This document shows, piece by piece, positions 19,395 to 30,759 of a stretch of 64,000 nt of DNA. This DNA comes from Chrysemys picta bellii (Eukaryota). The notes beneath the pieces were generated by a model, which was given only the letters and a program-made list of their open reading frames with translations, ran no database searches and was not told where the DNA came from. The DNA is taken from positions 26,784,001 to 26,848,000 of the forward strand of contig NC_088807.1 of the NCBI RefSeq assembly GCF_011386835.1, given 5' to 3'. Made by a program: the position numbers and the translations under genes. Every line of letters begins with the position of its first letter. Position 1 is the first letter of the stretch.

Positions 19395-20450
19395 CTTCAA
19401 TCCATTCTGAAGCACTTAGAGGAGAGGAAAGTGATCGGGAACAGTCAGCATGGATTCGCCAAGGGGAAGTCGTGCCTGACTAACCTAATTGCCTTCTATG
19501 AGGAGATAACTGGCTCTGTGGATGTGTTATTCCTTGATCTTAGCAAAGCTTTTGATACGGTCTCCCACAGTATTCTTGCCAGCAAGTTAAAGAGGTATGG
19601 GCTGGATGAATGGACTGTAAGGTGGATAGAAAGCTGGCTAGATCGTCGGCTCAACGCGTAGTGATCAATGGCTCCATGTCTAGTTGGCAGCCGGTTTCAA
19701 GCGGAGTGCCCCAAGGGTTGGTCCTGGGGCCGGTTTTGTTCAACATCTTTATTAATGGTCTGGAGGATGGCGTGGAATGCACCCTAAGCAAGTTCGCGGA
19801 TGACACTAAACTGGGAGGAGTGGTAGATACGCTGGAGGGTAGGGATCAGATACAGAGGGACCTAGACAAATTGGAGGATTGGGCCAAAAGAAATCGGATG
19901 AGGTTCAACAAAGACAAGTGCAGAGTCCTGCACTTAGGACGGAAGAATCCCACACACTGCTACAGGCTGGGGACCGAGTGGCTAAGCGGCAGTTCTGCAG
20001 AAAAGGACCTGGGGGTCACAGTGGACGAGAAGCTGGATATGAGTCAACAGTGTGACCTTGTTGCCAAGAAGGCTAACGGCATTTTGGGCTGTATAAGTAG
20101 GGGCATTGCCAGCAGATCAAGGACGTGATCGTTCCCTTTATTCGACATTGGTGAGGCCTCATCTGGAATACTGTGTCCAGTTTTGGGCCCTGCACTACAA
20201 GAAGGATGTGGAAAAATTGGAAAAAGTCCAGCAGAGGGCAACAAAAATGATTAGGGGGCTGGAGCACATGACTTATGAGGAGAGGCTGAGGGAACTGGGG
20301 TTATTCAGTCTGCAGAAGAGAAGAGTGAGGGGGGATTTGATAGCTGCTTTCAACTACCTGAGGCGGGGTTCCAAAGAGGATGGAGCTCGTCTGTTCTCAG
20401 TGGTGGCAGCGACTGGACAAGGAGCGATGGTCTCAAGTTGTGGGTGGTCT
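19395..20450 (+). mobile_element. CR1 LINE ORF2 (reverse transcriptase) fragment, degenerate
   Basis: Frameshifted RT peptides: [74 protein letters not shown]. Confidence 0.93.
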
Positions 20451-21388
20451 AGTCTGGCTCAGGAGACAGCTCAGGGAAGGTTCTAGGCTGCTTGGGGGAC
20501 TCCCAGGGGGTTGTAGGCTGGCTCCAGGAGGGGAAGGTCTAAGCTGGCTGAGGAGACAGGTCAGGGAAGGTTCTAGTCTGGCTGAGGAGACAGGTCAGGG
20601 AAGGTTCTAGTCTGGCTGAGGAGACAGGTCAGGGAAGGTTCTAGGCTGCTTGGGGGGCTCCCATGAGGTTCTAGGCTGGCTCAGGAGACAGGTCAGAGAA
20701 GGTTCTAGGCTGGCTCAGGAGACAAGTCAGAGAGGTTCTAGTCTGCTTGGGGGCTCCCAGGGGTTCTAGGCGGGCTCCAGGAGGGGGAGGGTCTAAGCTG
20801 GCTCAGGAGACAGGTCAGGGAAGGTTCTAGGCTGCTTGGGGGGGCTCCCAGGGGTTCTAGGCTGGCTGAGGAGACAGGTCAGGGAAGGTTCTAGGCTGGC
20901 TGAGGAGACAGGTCAGGGAAGGTTCTAGGCTGCTTGGGGGCTCCCAGAGGTTCTAGGCTGGTCGAGGAGACAGGTCAGGGAAGGTTCTAGGCTGGCTGAG
21001 GAGACAGGTCAGGGAAGGTTCTAGGCTGCTTGGGGGCTCCCAGAGGTTCTAGGCTGGTCGAGGAGACAGGTCAGGGAAGGTTCTAGGCTGCTTGGGGGGG
21101 GCTCCCAGGGGTTCTAGGCTAGCTGAGGAGACAGCTCAGGGAAGGTTCTAGGCTAGCTGAGGAGACAGCTCAGGGAAGGTTCTAGGCTGCTTGGGGGCTC
21201 CCAGGGGTTCTAGGCTGGCTCAGGAGACGGGTCAGGGAAGGTTGTAGGCTGGCTGAAGAGACAGGTCAGGGAAGGTTCTAGGCTGCTTGGGGGCTCCCAG
21301 GGGTTCTAGGCTGGCTGAGGAGGCAGGTCAGGGAAGGGTCTAGGCTGCTTGGGGGGGGCTCCCAGGGGTTCTAGGCTGGCTCCAGGAG
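20441..21388 (+). repeat. 34-bp plus ~25-bp composite minisatellite
   Basis: GGTTCTAGGCTGGCTGAGGAGACAGGTCAGGGAA alternating with GGTTCTAGGCTGCTTGGGGGCTCCCAGG. Confidence 0.93.
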
Positions 21389-21589
21389 GGGGCGGAGCGC
21401 TGCACCGGCTGGACACCCCCCGGCTGGGGCGATGTACCCGGGGCTGCTCCTGCTTATCGCTGCGGGTGGGACTAGGTGACCCCTCTCCCCCCCCCCCCCC
21501 CCCCGCTCTTCCAACTCTGATGTTGTGAGTCTAGAAAAGGGGCGGAGCCCGGCGGTGCCCCCCCCCCGCGCATGGGGCAAGCTCCGCCC

Positions 21590-21800
21590 CCGCCTTGCGG
21601 TGACCGCCCACTCCCGGCAGCCTCTGCGGCTCCCTCCGGCCCCCCACACCGCGATTTGCATAGCGGGGGGCGGGGCGAGGCAGCGGCTGCGCTGCGTCAC
21701 TCGGCGGACGGCGCGTGCGGGTGACGTCGCGTCAGCTGGTTGCTGCGGAGCTTCTGCGGGTCCAGCGGCCCCGACCGGAAACGTCGCCGGGATCCCCCCA
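21590..21800 (+). promoter_or_regulatory. Putative FAM50A CpG-island promoter
   Basis: CpG-dense, with CRE-like TGACGTC at 21722, GCGTCA half-sites and ETS-like CCGGAA at 21775. Confidence 0.55.
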
Positions 21801-21869
21801 CGTGACCCGCCGGGACACCCCCCCCTCGGGCTTCCCCGCTAGGGCTTCCCCGCCCCCCCCGGCTCCAGT

Positions 21870-22335
21870 GACCCCCCCCAAGCTCCACCCCCAGCCTCTG
21901 CCCCCCAGCGCCCGGGACCCCCCCCGTGCCCGGGACCCCCAGCGCCTGGGACCACCAGCTCCACCCCCAACGCCTGGGACCCCCCCCCCAGTGCCCGGGA
22001 CCCCCAGCGCCTGGGACCCCCCCAGCTCCAGCCTCTGCCCCCCCCCCAGCGCCTGGGACCCCCCCAGCTCCAGCCTCTGCCCCCCCCCAGCGCCTGGGAC
22101 CCCCCCAGCTCCAGCCTCTGCCCCCCCCCCAGTGCCCGGGACCCCCCCCAGCGCCTGGGACCCCCCCAGCTCCAGCCTCTGCCCCCCCCCAGTGCCCGGG
22201 ACCCCCCCAGCTCCAGCCTCTGCCCCCCCCCCAGCGCCTGGGACCCCCAGCTCCACCCCCAACGCCTGGAACCCCCCCCCAGTGCCTGGGACCCCCAGCT
22301 CCACCCCCAGCCTCTGCCCCCCAGTGACCCCCCCC
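21870..22335 (+). repeat. C-rich VNTR between the FAM50A promoter and ATG
   Basis: CCCAGCGCCTGGGACCCCCCCAGCTCCAGCCTCTGCCCCCC units. Confidence 0.9.
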
Positions 22336-22518
22336 GCCTTTCTCCCCATATCCAGGGACCACCAGGCCCTAGGCAGCCACAGGGCCCCTGACTCCCCCTC
22401 ACATCCTCTCCACTGACCCTTCCTAGGGTCCCTCCTTAGCCCCCCCCCCCCCGGGCACCTCACAGGCCGTGGTCCCCCACCCACTCTCTCTGTCTTGGGG
22501 TCCCCCCCACCCCCGACC

Positions 22519-25500
22519 ATGGCGCAGTACAAGGGGGCGGCCAGCGAGGCCGGTCGGGCCCTGCAACTGATGAAGAAGCGGGAACGGCAGCGGGAGCACA
22601 TGGAGCAGATGCGGCAGCGCATCGCGGAGGTCGGGGGACCCTGGGGGCCGGGGGACCCTGGGGGCTGGGGGTGGGGACAATGGATGCAGAGCTACTGGGG
22701 CAGTGCTGAGGTGGGGGGGGAGGAGGAATGGGGACCTCTGGAGGGGGGGACAGATGGGAACCCTACGGAAGGGGGGCAGATCGTCTGGGGGTGGGGACGG
22801 TACCTGGGGTGGTGTGCAGCTGGGGCCAGAACTTGGGAAAGTGCAGAGACCTGGGGGAGGAGGCAGGACATGTTGGGCAGACCGGCCCCCCAGTTCCTCA
22901 CGCCCATGCCCCCCGGCAGGAGAACATCATGAAGTCGAACATCGATAAGAAGTTCTCGGCTCATTACGATGCGGTGGAAGCAGAACTGAAATCCAGCACC
23001 GTGGGTGAGTGTGGGCAGGGGACCCAGGAGTCTGGGCTCCTCCCCCCCCCCCGCCCCAAACAAAAAAACTAGACCCCACTCCCCTCACAGAGCTGGGGAG
23101 AGAATCCAGGACTCCTGGCTCCCAGCCCCCCTTGCTCCAGCCACTAGTCCCTGCTCCCCTCCCGGTGCTGGGAGAGAACCCAGGCGTCCTGACACACACC
23201 CTCTCCCCCAGGTCTGGTGACCCTGAACGACATGAAGGCCAAGCAGGAGGCGCTGGTGAAGGAGCGGGAGAAGCAGCTGGCCAAGAAGGAGCAGTCCAAG
23301 GAGCTGCAGCTGTGAGTGGGGTGGGGGGTGTCTCTGACTGCCGGGCTCCCCTGCTAACTTGGGGGGGGCGCGGGATCTGTAAGGGGGGGGGTCATTGTGT
23401 CTCCTCTCCGATGGAGGGAGCCCTTTTTAGGGGGTATTTCTTGGGGGAGGGGACCCGGCTCCTCAGGCTTCCGCTGCTCTCTCCAAGGTGGGGTCCCCAT
23501 GTCTGGGGGCCCTGTTGGGGGGTTGATCCCTCTGTGCTATGGGGCACCGACCACTGGGTTTGAGGTTCCTGTGGGGCACTGACCCCTGTCATTGGATGCT
23601 GATCCCCCCCAACACACGGTGCTCTTCCCCCCCCCCCCCCCCCCCCAGGAAGCTGGAGCGGCTGCGGGAACGGGAGCGGAAGCAGGAGCAGAAACGGAAG
23701 ATCTCCAGCCTGTCCTTCACCTTGGACGAGGATGAGGATGAGGAGGAGGATGAAGAGCAGCTGGAGGAGGAAGAGCCAGAGCTGGAGAAAGAGGGTGGGT
23801 GGGTTGGGGGGCCTGGGGTGGAGTGGGGGGCTGGGCTGTAGGGGGAGCTGTGGGGCCAGGCTGGTGGTGGGTGTGTATGGGGGGGTCAGGGATGCTGCCC
23901 GTGAGGGAGCTGGGGGGCTGTAGGGGGTGCCGTCGGGCAGGGGCCAGTCAATAGGAGGTGCGGTGGGGGGCTGGGGAAGCAGTGGGAGTGGGTCCATGCA
24001 GAGACTGTATGGGGGGGGGGGGGTCGTCTCATTCCCGTTCTCCCCACAGAGCTGCCCCCCAAGAAGCGCAAACTGGGAAAGAATCCGGATGTGGACACCA
24101 GCTTCCTGCCGGATCGGGACCGCGAGGTACTGCCCTGCTCCCCCCTCAGACCGTGAGGTACGCGCTGCCCTTCCCCCCCCCCCCCCCCCCCCCCCCCCCC
24201 AGCCGGGACCACGAGGTACTACCCTGCCCCCCCCCCCAGGCCGTGAGGTATGCTCCCTGCCCCCCAGCCGGGACCATGAGGTGAATATCATAGACTGACA
24301 TCAACCCCCCCTCCCCCAGCCGGGACCCCAGGGTAACCCGGGAGTCAGGCCCTCCCCGACTGAGCTGTGTGTCCCGTCCCCCCCAGGAGGAGGAGAACCG
24401 CCTGCGCGAGGAGCTGCGCCAGGAGTGGGAGGCCAAGCAGGAGAAGATCAAGAGTACGTGGCCAGGGGAACTGCCTGCCACTGGGTCCTGGGGGGATGCC
24501 GGCGGCTGGGCCTGGTGGGGGAGATAAGACGTGAGGGGGAGTTGGAGCCATTAGCGGGTTCGGAGGAGCGGAGGGAGGAGGAGGATTCCAGCTGTCAGGG
24601 GACATGGGTGTGTGTGGGGGAGGTTGGATGGGATTGGGGGGGGGTGTTGGAGGCAGGTGGGGAGGCAGGACTGTCCCCTCCCCCCATTGACCCATGCCTT
24701 CCTCCCCCCCCAGGCGAGGAAATTGAAATCACCTTCAGCTACTGGGATGGCTCCGGCCACCGGCGCACAGTCAAGGTGAGGGGGGGCACGGCGCAGCGCA
24801 AAGGAGCCGTGACTGGGGCGGAGGGCGGGCAGAGGAGCTGTCCCAGCCCTGTGGGGGAGAAGGATCAGGGCGGGGGGGAGAGTGGAATGGGGAAGGGATG
24901 TCCCAGCCCTGACCTCCCCCATCCCCCCAGATGAAGAAGGGGAACACCATGCAGCAGTTCCTGCAGAAAGCCCTCGAGATCCTGCGCAAGGACTTCAGCG
25001 AGCTCAGGTGGGGGCCGGCGGGCACGGCTGGGGGGCAGGGCAGTGGGTGGCCGGGAGGGGGGAAGCAGTGGGCTGGGGTGCATACTGGGGAGGTGGGTTG
25101 AGGCTGGCATTTGGGGGCGGGGGCGTGTCAAAGGAGCTGGGATGTGTGTGTCTGTCTCTGTCTCTCTTTTTCTCTCTCTCCCCACCCCATTCTGACAACT
25201 GTGCCCCCCCCCCCCCCCCCCCCAGGTCAGCCGGGGTGGAGCAGCTCATGTACATCAAGGAGGATCTGATCATCCCCCACGTAAGTGGCTGGTGTGGGCT
25301 CTCAGTGTCCATGACACCCAAGCCCTGCTCCCGAGAGGGTCAGCGACCTGACCTCGGGGGCACCATCTCCCTGCCAGGTCCATGGAGCCTGCTCAGGTCC
25401 AGCCTTGGCACGCTCAGCCCCCGATCACCCCGTGAGCTCCGGGGGGGGGGGGCTCACAGATGGGACCCCTGGGGAGCCTCTCCCAGCCGGAGTGTGGCAG

Positions 25501-26375
25501 ATGGGGTTATTAGTGTAACACCCCCTCGTGTGTGTGTGTGTGTGTGGGGGGAATCCAGGGCTCCCCTCTCTGAGCCCCAAACCAGGAGACCGACCTTCCC
25601 GGGGCCACGCTGACCCCTTGGGCTAGTCCTTGCAGGGGCCGGGCTCGGGCTCGGGCTGCAGAGTGTCAGCCAATCTCACCCCCTCGTCCCACCACCCAGG
25701 CACCACACATTGATTTTAACCCTTTCTCTTCCCCTCTGCCAGCATCACAGCTTCTACGACTTCATCGTGACTAAAGCAAGAGGGAAAAGTGGTGAGTGAC
25801 ACCCCCCCCCACACCATGGCCCCCAATCTCACTGGGGGGGAGGGGGGGGCTCTAGTCACATTTGGCCCCATGACAGAGAGGGGAGGTGATCCCTGACTGT
25901 CATGTTCCACCACCATGGAGGAAGGGACATGCTGGGGCTGGTCAGAAGACAACTAACCTCCCCCAATTCCCCAGGGCCGCTCTTCAACTTCGACGTTCAT
26001 GAGGACGTGAGACTCCTGAGCGATGCCACTGTGGAGAAGGATGAGGTGAGCGTGGGGCCCCCCCATGTCCCCTAGAGGGAAGAGGCCGTGGGGGAGGGCC
26101 AGCCCCACTGAGCTCTTTCTCTTCCCCCCAGTCCCATGCTGGGAAGGTCGTCCTGCGCAGCTGGTACGAGAAGAACAAGCACATCTTCCCGGCCAGCCGC
26201 TGGGAGCCCTATGACCCTGAGAAGAAGTGGGACAAGTACACTGTGAGTTTGAGGGGGGTGGGGTGTCTCTCTACCAGGGGAATTGCTGAGTACGGGGAGG
26301 GGGAGACATCAGTGCTGCCTGCCCGCCTGCCGTGCCCCCCCCAATAATTCTCTCTGTCTTTCCCAGATCCGGTGA
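22519..26375 (+). CDS. FAM50A: FAM50A (XAP5) spliceosome-associated protein, 13 exons, 339 aa
   Basis: Exons 22519-22629, 22920-23004, 23212-23311, 23649-23794, 24050-24126, 24387-24453, 24714-24775, 24931-25007, 25226-25280, 25743-25791, 25975-26045, 26132-26242, 26367-26375; total 1020 nt in frame. Peptides: [78 protein letters not shown]. Confidence 0.97.
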
Positions 26376-26477
26376 GAGATGTAGCCCTGGAATGCTGCTG
26401 TGGAGCTCCTGGCGTTGTTGCTGCCCAATGGTCGTCATATCTCCTTCCCCCCCCCCAATCTCTCAGCCTGCTGGTGA

Positions 26478-26483
26478 AATAAA
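26478..26483 (+). terminator. Putative FAM50A polyadenylation signal AATAAA
   Basis: AATAAA about 100 nt after the stop codon. Confidence 0.75.
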
Positions 26484-26664
26484 CTCTCCTGTGCTCACCC
26501 TGTCTGTGTTTGTCTTATGTTGGGGAAAATGAGACACCCCCCCACACACACACCCCGCTTGGGAAATCTGCAGGCTTAACCGAAACCAGCTAGATACAAA
26601 CCTACTACTTAAAAAGAAGAACAGGAGGACTTGTGGCACCTTAGAAACTAACAAATTTATTAGA

Positions 26665-26704
26665 GCATAAGCTTTCGTGGACTACAGCCCACTTCTTCGG
26701 ATGC
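26665..26704 (-). ncRNA. Minimal type I hammerhead ribozyme motif in the Penelope 3' arm (element sense strand)
   Basis: GCAT-CCGAAGA-A-GTGGGCT/GT/AGTCCAC-GAAA-GC-TT-ATGC: stem I GCAT/ATGC, stem II hairpin, palindromic AGCT in place of stem III. Confidence 0.7.
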
Positions 26705-28770
26705 ATATAGAATGGAACATATATTGAGGAGATATATATACACACAGACAGAGAGCATAAACAGGTGGGAGTTGTCTTACCACCTCTGAGAGGCCAATTA
26801 ATTAAGAGAAAACAAACTTTTGAAGTGATAATCAAGCTAGCTCAGTACAGACAGTTAGATAACAAGTGTGAGAATACTTACAAGGGGAGATAGATTCAAT
26901 GTTTGTAATGGCTCAGCCATTCCCAGTCTTTATTCAAACCGGAGTTGATTGTGTCTAGTTTGCATATCAATTCTAGCTCATTTTCTGTTGTAATATAGCC
27001 ACCCGCAGGTATTTGTGTCCATTAATTCTTTTGCGTAGAGACTGTCCGGTTTGGCCAATGTACATGGCAGAGGGGCATTGCTGGCACATGATGGCATATA
27101 TCACATTGGTAGATGTGCAGGTGAACGAGCCCCTGATGGTATGGCTGATGTGATTAGGTCCTATGATGATGTCACTGGAATAGATATGTGGACAGAGTTG
27201 GCATCGGGGTTTGTTACAAGGATAGGTTCCTGGGTCAGTGTTTTTGTTCAGTGATGTGTGGTTGCTGGTGAGTATTTGCTTTAGGTTCGGGGGTTGTCTG
27301 TAAGCGAGGACAGGTCTGTCAGATCTCTGATGATGCGCTGGAGAGGTTTTAGTTGGGGGCTGAAGGTGACAGCTAGTGGTGTTCTGTTATTTTCTTTGTT
27401 GGGCCTGTCTTGTAGGAGGTGACTTCTGGGTACTCGTCTGGCTCTGTCAATCTGTTTTTTCACTTCAGCAGGTGGGTATTGTAGTTTTAAGAATGCTTGA
27501 TAGAGATCTTGTAGGTGCTTGTCTCTATCCGAGGGATTGGAGCAAATGCGGTTATATCTTAGGGCTTGGCTGTAGACAATGGATCGTGTGGTGTGTCCTG
27601 GATGGAAGCTGGAGGCATGTAGGTAAGTGTAGCGGTCAGTAGGTTTCCGATATAGGGTGGTATTTATGTGACCATCGCTTATTAGCACAGTAGTGTCCAG
27701 GAAATGGACCGCTTGTGTGGATTGATCTAGGCTGAGGTTGATGGTGGGATGGAAATTATTGAAATCATGGTGAAATTCCTCAAGGGCTTCTTTTCCATGG
27801 GTCCAGATGATGAAGATGTCATCAATGTAGCGCAAGTAGAGTAGGGGCGTTAGGGGACGAGAGCTAAGGAAGCGTTGTTCTAAGTCAGCCATAAAAATGT
27901 TGGCATATTGTGGGGCCATGCGGGTACCCATAGCAGTGCCGCTGACTTGAAGGTATATATTGTCCCCAAATGTGAAATAGTTGTGGGTGAGGACAAAATC
28001 ACAAAGTTCAGCCACCAGGTTAGCTGTGACATTATCAGGGCTACTGTTCCTGATAGCTTGTAGTCCATCTTTGTGTGGAATATTGGTGTAGAGGGCTTCT
28101 ACGTCCATAGTGGCCAGGATGGTGGGTGCCAATGCCTGAGATGATGGGGCGTCCAGGATATCCAGGTTTATGGATCTTGGGTAGCAAATAGAATACCCCT
28201 GGTCGGGGTTCTAGGCATGTGTCTGTACGGATTTGTTCCTGTGCTTTGTCAGGGAGTTTTTTTAGCAGATGGTGTAGTTTCTTTAGGTAATCCTCAGTGG
28301 GATCAGAGGATAATGGCCTGTAGAATGTGGTGTTAGAGAGCTGTCTAGCAGCCTCCTGGTCATATTCCAATTTATTCATGATGACGACAGCACCTCCTTT
28401 GTCAGCCTTTTTGATTATGATGTCAGGGTTGTTTCTGAGGCTGTAGATGGCGTTGTGTTCTGCATGGCTGAGGTTATGTGGCAAGTGATGTTGCTTTTCC
28501 ACAATTTCAGCCTTTGCACGTCGACGGAAGCAATCTATGTAGGTATGCTGTTCAGAGGTATGTTGGAAATATTCTTTGAGTCGGAGACATCAAAAGTAGG
28601 ATTCTAGGTCACCGCAGAACTGTATCATATTCATCTAGCTTGATTATCACTTCAAAAGTTTGTTTTCTCTTAATTAATTGGCCTCTCAGAGGTGGTAAGA
28701 CAACTCCCACCTGTTTATGCTCTCTGTCTGTGTGTATATATATCTCCTCAATATATGTTCCATTCTATAT

Positions 28771-28810
28771 GCATCCGAAGAAGTGGGCTGTAGTCCACGA
28801 AAGCTTATGC
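28771..28810 (+). ncRNA. Inverted second copy of the hammerhead motif in the Penelope 5' arm
   Basis: Same 40 nt as 26665-26704, in opposite orientation. Confidence 0.7.
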
Positions 28811-28869
28811 TCTAATAAATTTGTTAGTTTCTAAGGTGCCACAAGTCCTCCTGTTCTTCTTTTTGTGTA

Positions 28870-29520
28870 GTGAGTTCTTAAGAGAGTGGACACTCCAGTT
28901 TCCCAGTATTACCACCAGTACCACTCGTTATGGGGACAAATAGGTTCTAAAGGTTTATTCATAAAAGGAAAAAGATAGAGATGAGAGGTAGAATTGGTTA
29001 AATGGAATCAATTACATACAGTAATGGCAAAGTTCTATGGTTCAGCCTTGCAGAGATGAGGCATCAGCCTTATATAGTCTTTTCCAGGTGTTGAACACCT
29101 CTTTGTTCTTACTGTGTCTTTGTGAGTGTAAATCCTCCACTTCATCTAGAAAAAAAAGATCTGAAGCAGGCACTGTTGTTAACTGTTTCAATGGCATTTT
29201 GGCCCTGGGAGGAGGAATTTACCCAAATTTCTCCTGATGTTACTGCTGCTGTAAGATTTCCTGGGCCCAATCCTGCTTTTTCCAATAAACAGTTCCTTAG
29301 CAAGGAGGGTGGGCTTTTTAACTAGCCCCCTCCCCCCCTTTTCCTGGTCCCATTCCTTAAACATTTTCTGCAAAATTGTGAAAAACCATAAAGACAAAAC
29401 GCCACATTTATTAGTAATGTTGTTACCAATTAGTTGCTCCCCCTTAACTTCACTGGCCAGGTGAGTTAGATAGGGGAGCCGGGCTTCTGCCAATGCTGCA
29501 AAGAGGGTGCTTGCTTCTAA
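28870..29520. mobile_element. Unassigned AT-rich repeat relic, possibly LTR-element derived
   Basis: Composition differs sharply from the GC-rich flanks. I could not recognise a diagnostic motif. Confidence 0.25.
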
Positions 29521-29559
29521 CCCCCGAGGCTGTTGGTATGTCTGAAACTTAACATTAAC

Positions 29560-29850
29560 AACATAAGAACGGCCGTACCGGGTCAGACCAAAGGTCCATC
29601 TAGCCCAGTATCCTGTCTACCGACAGTGGCCAATGCCAGAAGGGAGTGAACCTAACAGGCAATGATCAAGTGATCTCTCTCCTGCCATCCAGCCCCACTC
29701 TCTGACAGACAGAGGCTAGGGACAACATTCCTTACCTGTCCTGGCTGATAGCCATTAATGGACTTAACCACCATGAATTTATCCAGTTCTCTTTTAAACC
29801 CTGTTATAGGCCTGGCCTTCACAACCTCCTCAGGCAAGGAGTTCCACAGG
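29560..29850 (-). mobile_element. CR1 3'-terminal fragment
   Basis: ACATAAGAACGGCCGTACCGGGTCAGACCAAAGGTCCATCTAGCCC is the reverse complement of the CR1 3' tail. Minus ORF reads PEEVVKARPITGFKRELDKFM. Confidence 0.88.
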
Positions 29851-29929
29851 TTGACTGTGCAATATTTGCAAAGGAAGGGCTCCTAGGCTCGTCTTGAAGC
29901 CAGATCAGCCTCCCAGATACCATTCCCGA

Positions 29930-30330
29930 TGAACGGGACCGGGGGGGGGTCCCAGCCGCTTTGCTCTGACCCCCCCCCCCTTCAGTCCCAGGGGGAGCCG
30001 GGCCCCTCCGGCCTCCGCCCCGGACGCCTGGGTCCCGTCCCGGGCAGACCGCAGCGCCCCCCCTCCTTCCCTGCTCCGGAGGCAGCAGCCACCGCCGCTC
30101 CCCGCGTGGGGGCCGCCCCCGGCTTTATACCCCCGCCTCGCCGCGCCATTGGCCGCCTCCCGGCGCCGGCCAATGGGGGCGCGCCCCACTGCGCATGCGC
30201 CTGCCGGGCCGCTCGGTGCAGAGGCCCCAGGCGGCAGCAGAGCGCGCCGGAGGGAGGGGGAGCGGGGCGGGACCTAGTTCCGCCCCGCAGAGCCCAGGGG
30301 TGGAGCCTGGACTGGGCCCCGCCCCCCGGG
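29930..30330 (-). promoter_or_regulatory. Orphan CpG island with TATA, two CCAAT boxes, an NRF1 site and GC boxes
   Basis: Minus-strand TATAAA at 30124-30129, ATTGG at 30148, CCAAT at 30170, TGCGCATGCGC at 30190-30200, GC boxes at ~30264-30325. Confidence 0.55.
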
Positions 30331-30759
30331 AACAGCCCTCAGCAGGTTTATAGGCCAAGTGTGTGTCTGCAGCACCATTAACCCAGCATGAGGCCAACGG
30401 GGTAGCGCAATACTGAGCTGTGCACGTGTCCCCCCATTTATCACCCAACACATTATTGTCCGGGGGGCGGGGGATGTCAGGGCTGTTTTGGTACCAATGC
30501 TTATGTATTTCAGGTTAAAGGATGGAATATTCCCCCATCACAGCCTCAGCCCGACAGCTCTAAGGTGACATCTGCCACTCAGATGCACGGATCATAAACA
30601 TGCAAGACGGGCTGGTTTAGGGCCTCAGTCCCGGCCCATTAAGCAATGGAGTTTTCCCTGGCTGGCGCTGACAGAGGTGGAGGTTACAGGTCTGATCAGA
30701 GATTTGCAGCAAGAGAGGAAATTATTTATATATATATAAAACTAATGGAATAAAAAGGG

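Larger units (their letters stand above)
26611..28864 (-). mobile_element. Penelope-like retroelement (RT plus GIY-YIG), internally deleted, with 230-bp inverted terminal arms
   Basis: Minus-strand RT peptides IIIKKADKGGAVV, LPKIHK..PGRPII, TMDVEALYTNIP, GTAMGTRMAPQYANIFM, YLRYIDDIF. GIY-YIG remnant NVIYAIMCQQCPSAMYIGQTG at ~27040-27110. Arms 26611-26840 and 28635-28864 are reverse complements. Confidence 0.93.

Noticed and set aside
21697-22622. 187-296-aa Gly/Pro ORFs before FAM50A
   Set aside because: They arise from the VNTR and show no domain signal.
26641-28834. Identical 64-aa ORF on opposite strands (26641-26835 and 28640-28834)
   Set aside because: A by-product of the inverted Penelope arms; used only as evidence of arm identity.
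29188-29493. 101-aa minus-strand ORF (MAEARLPYLTHL...)
   Set aside because: No recognisable motif. It lies in a probable repeat relic and needs a BLAST/HMM search.
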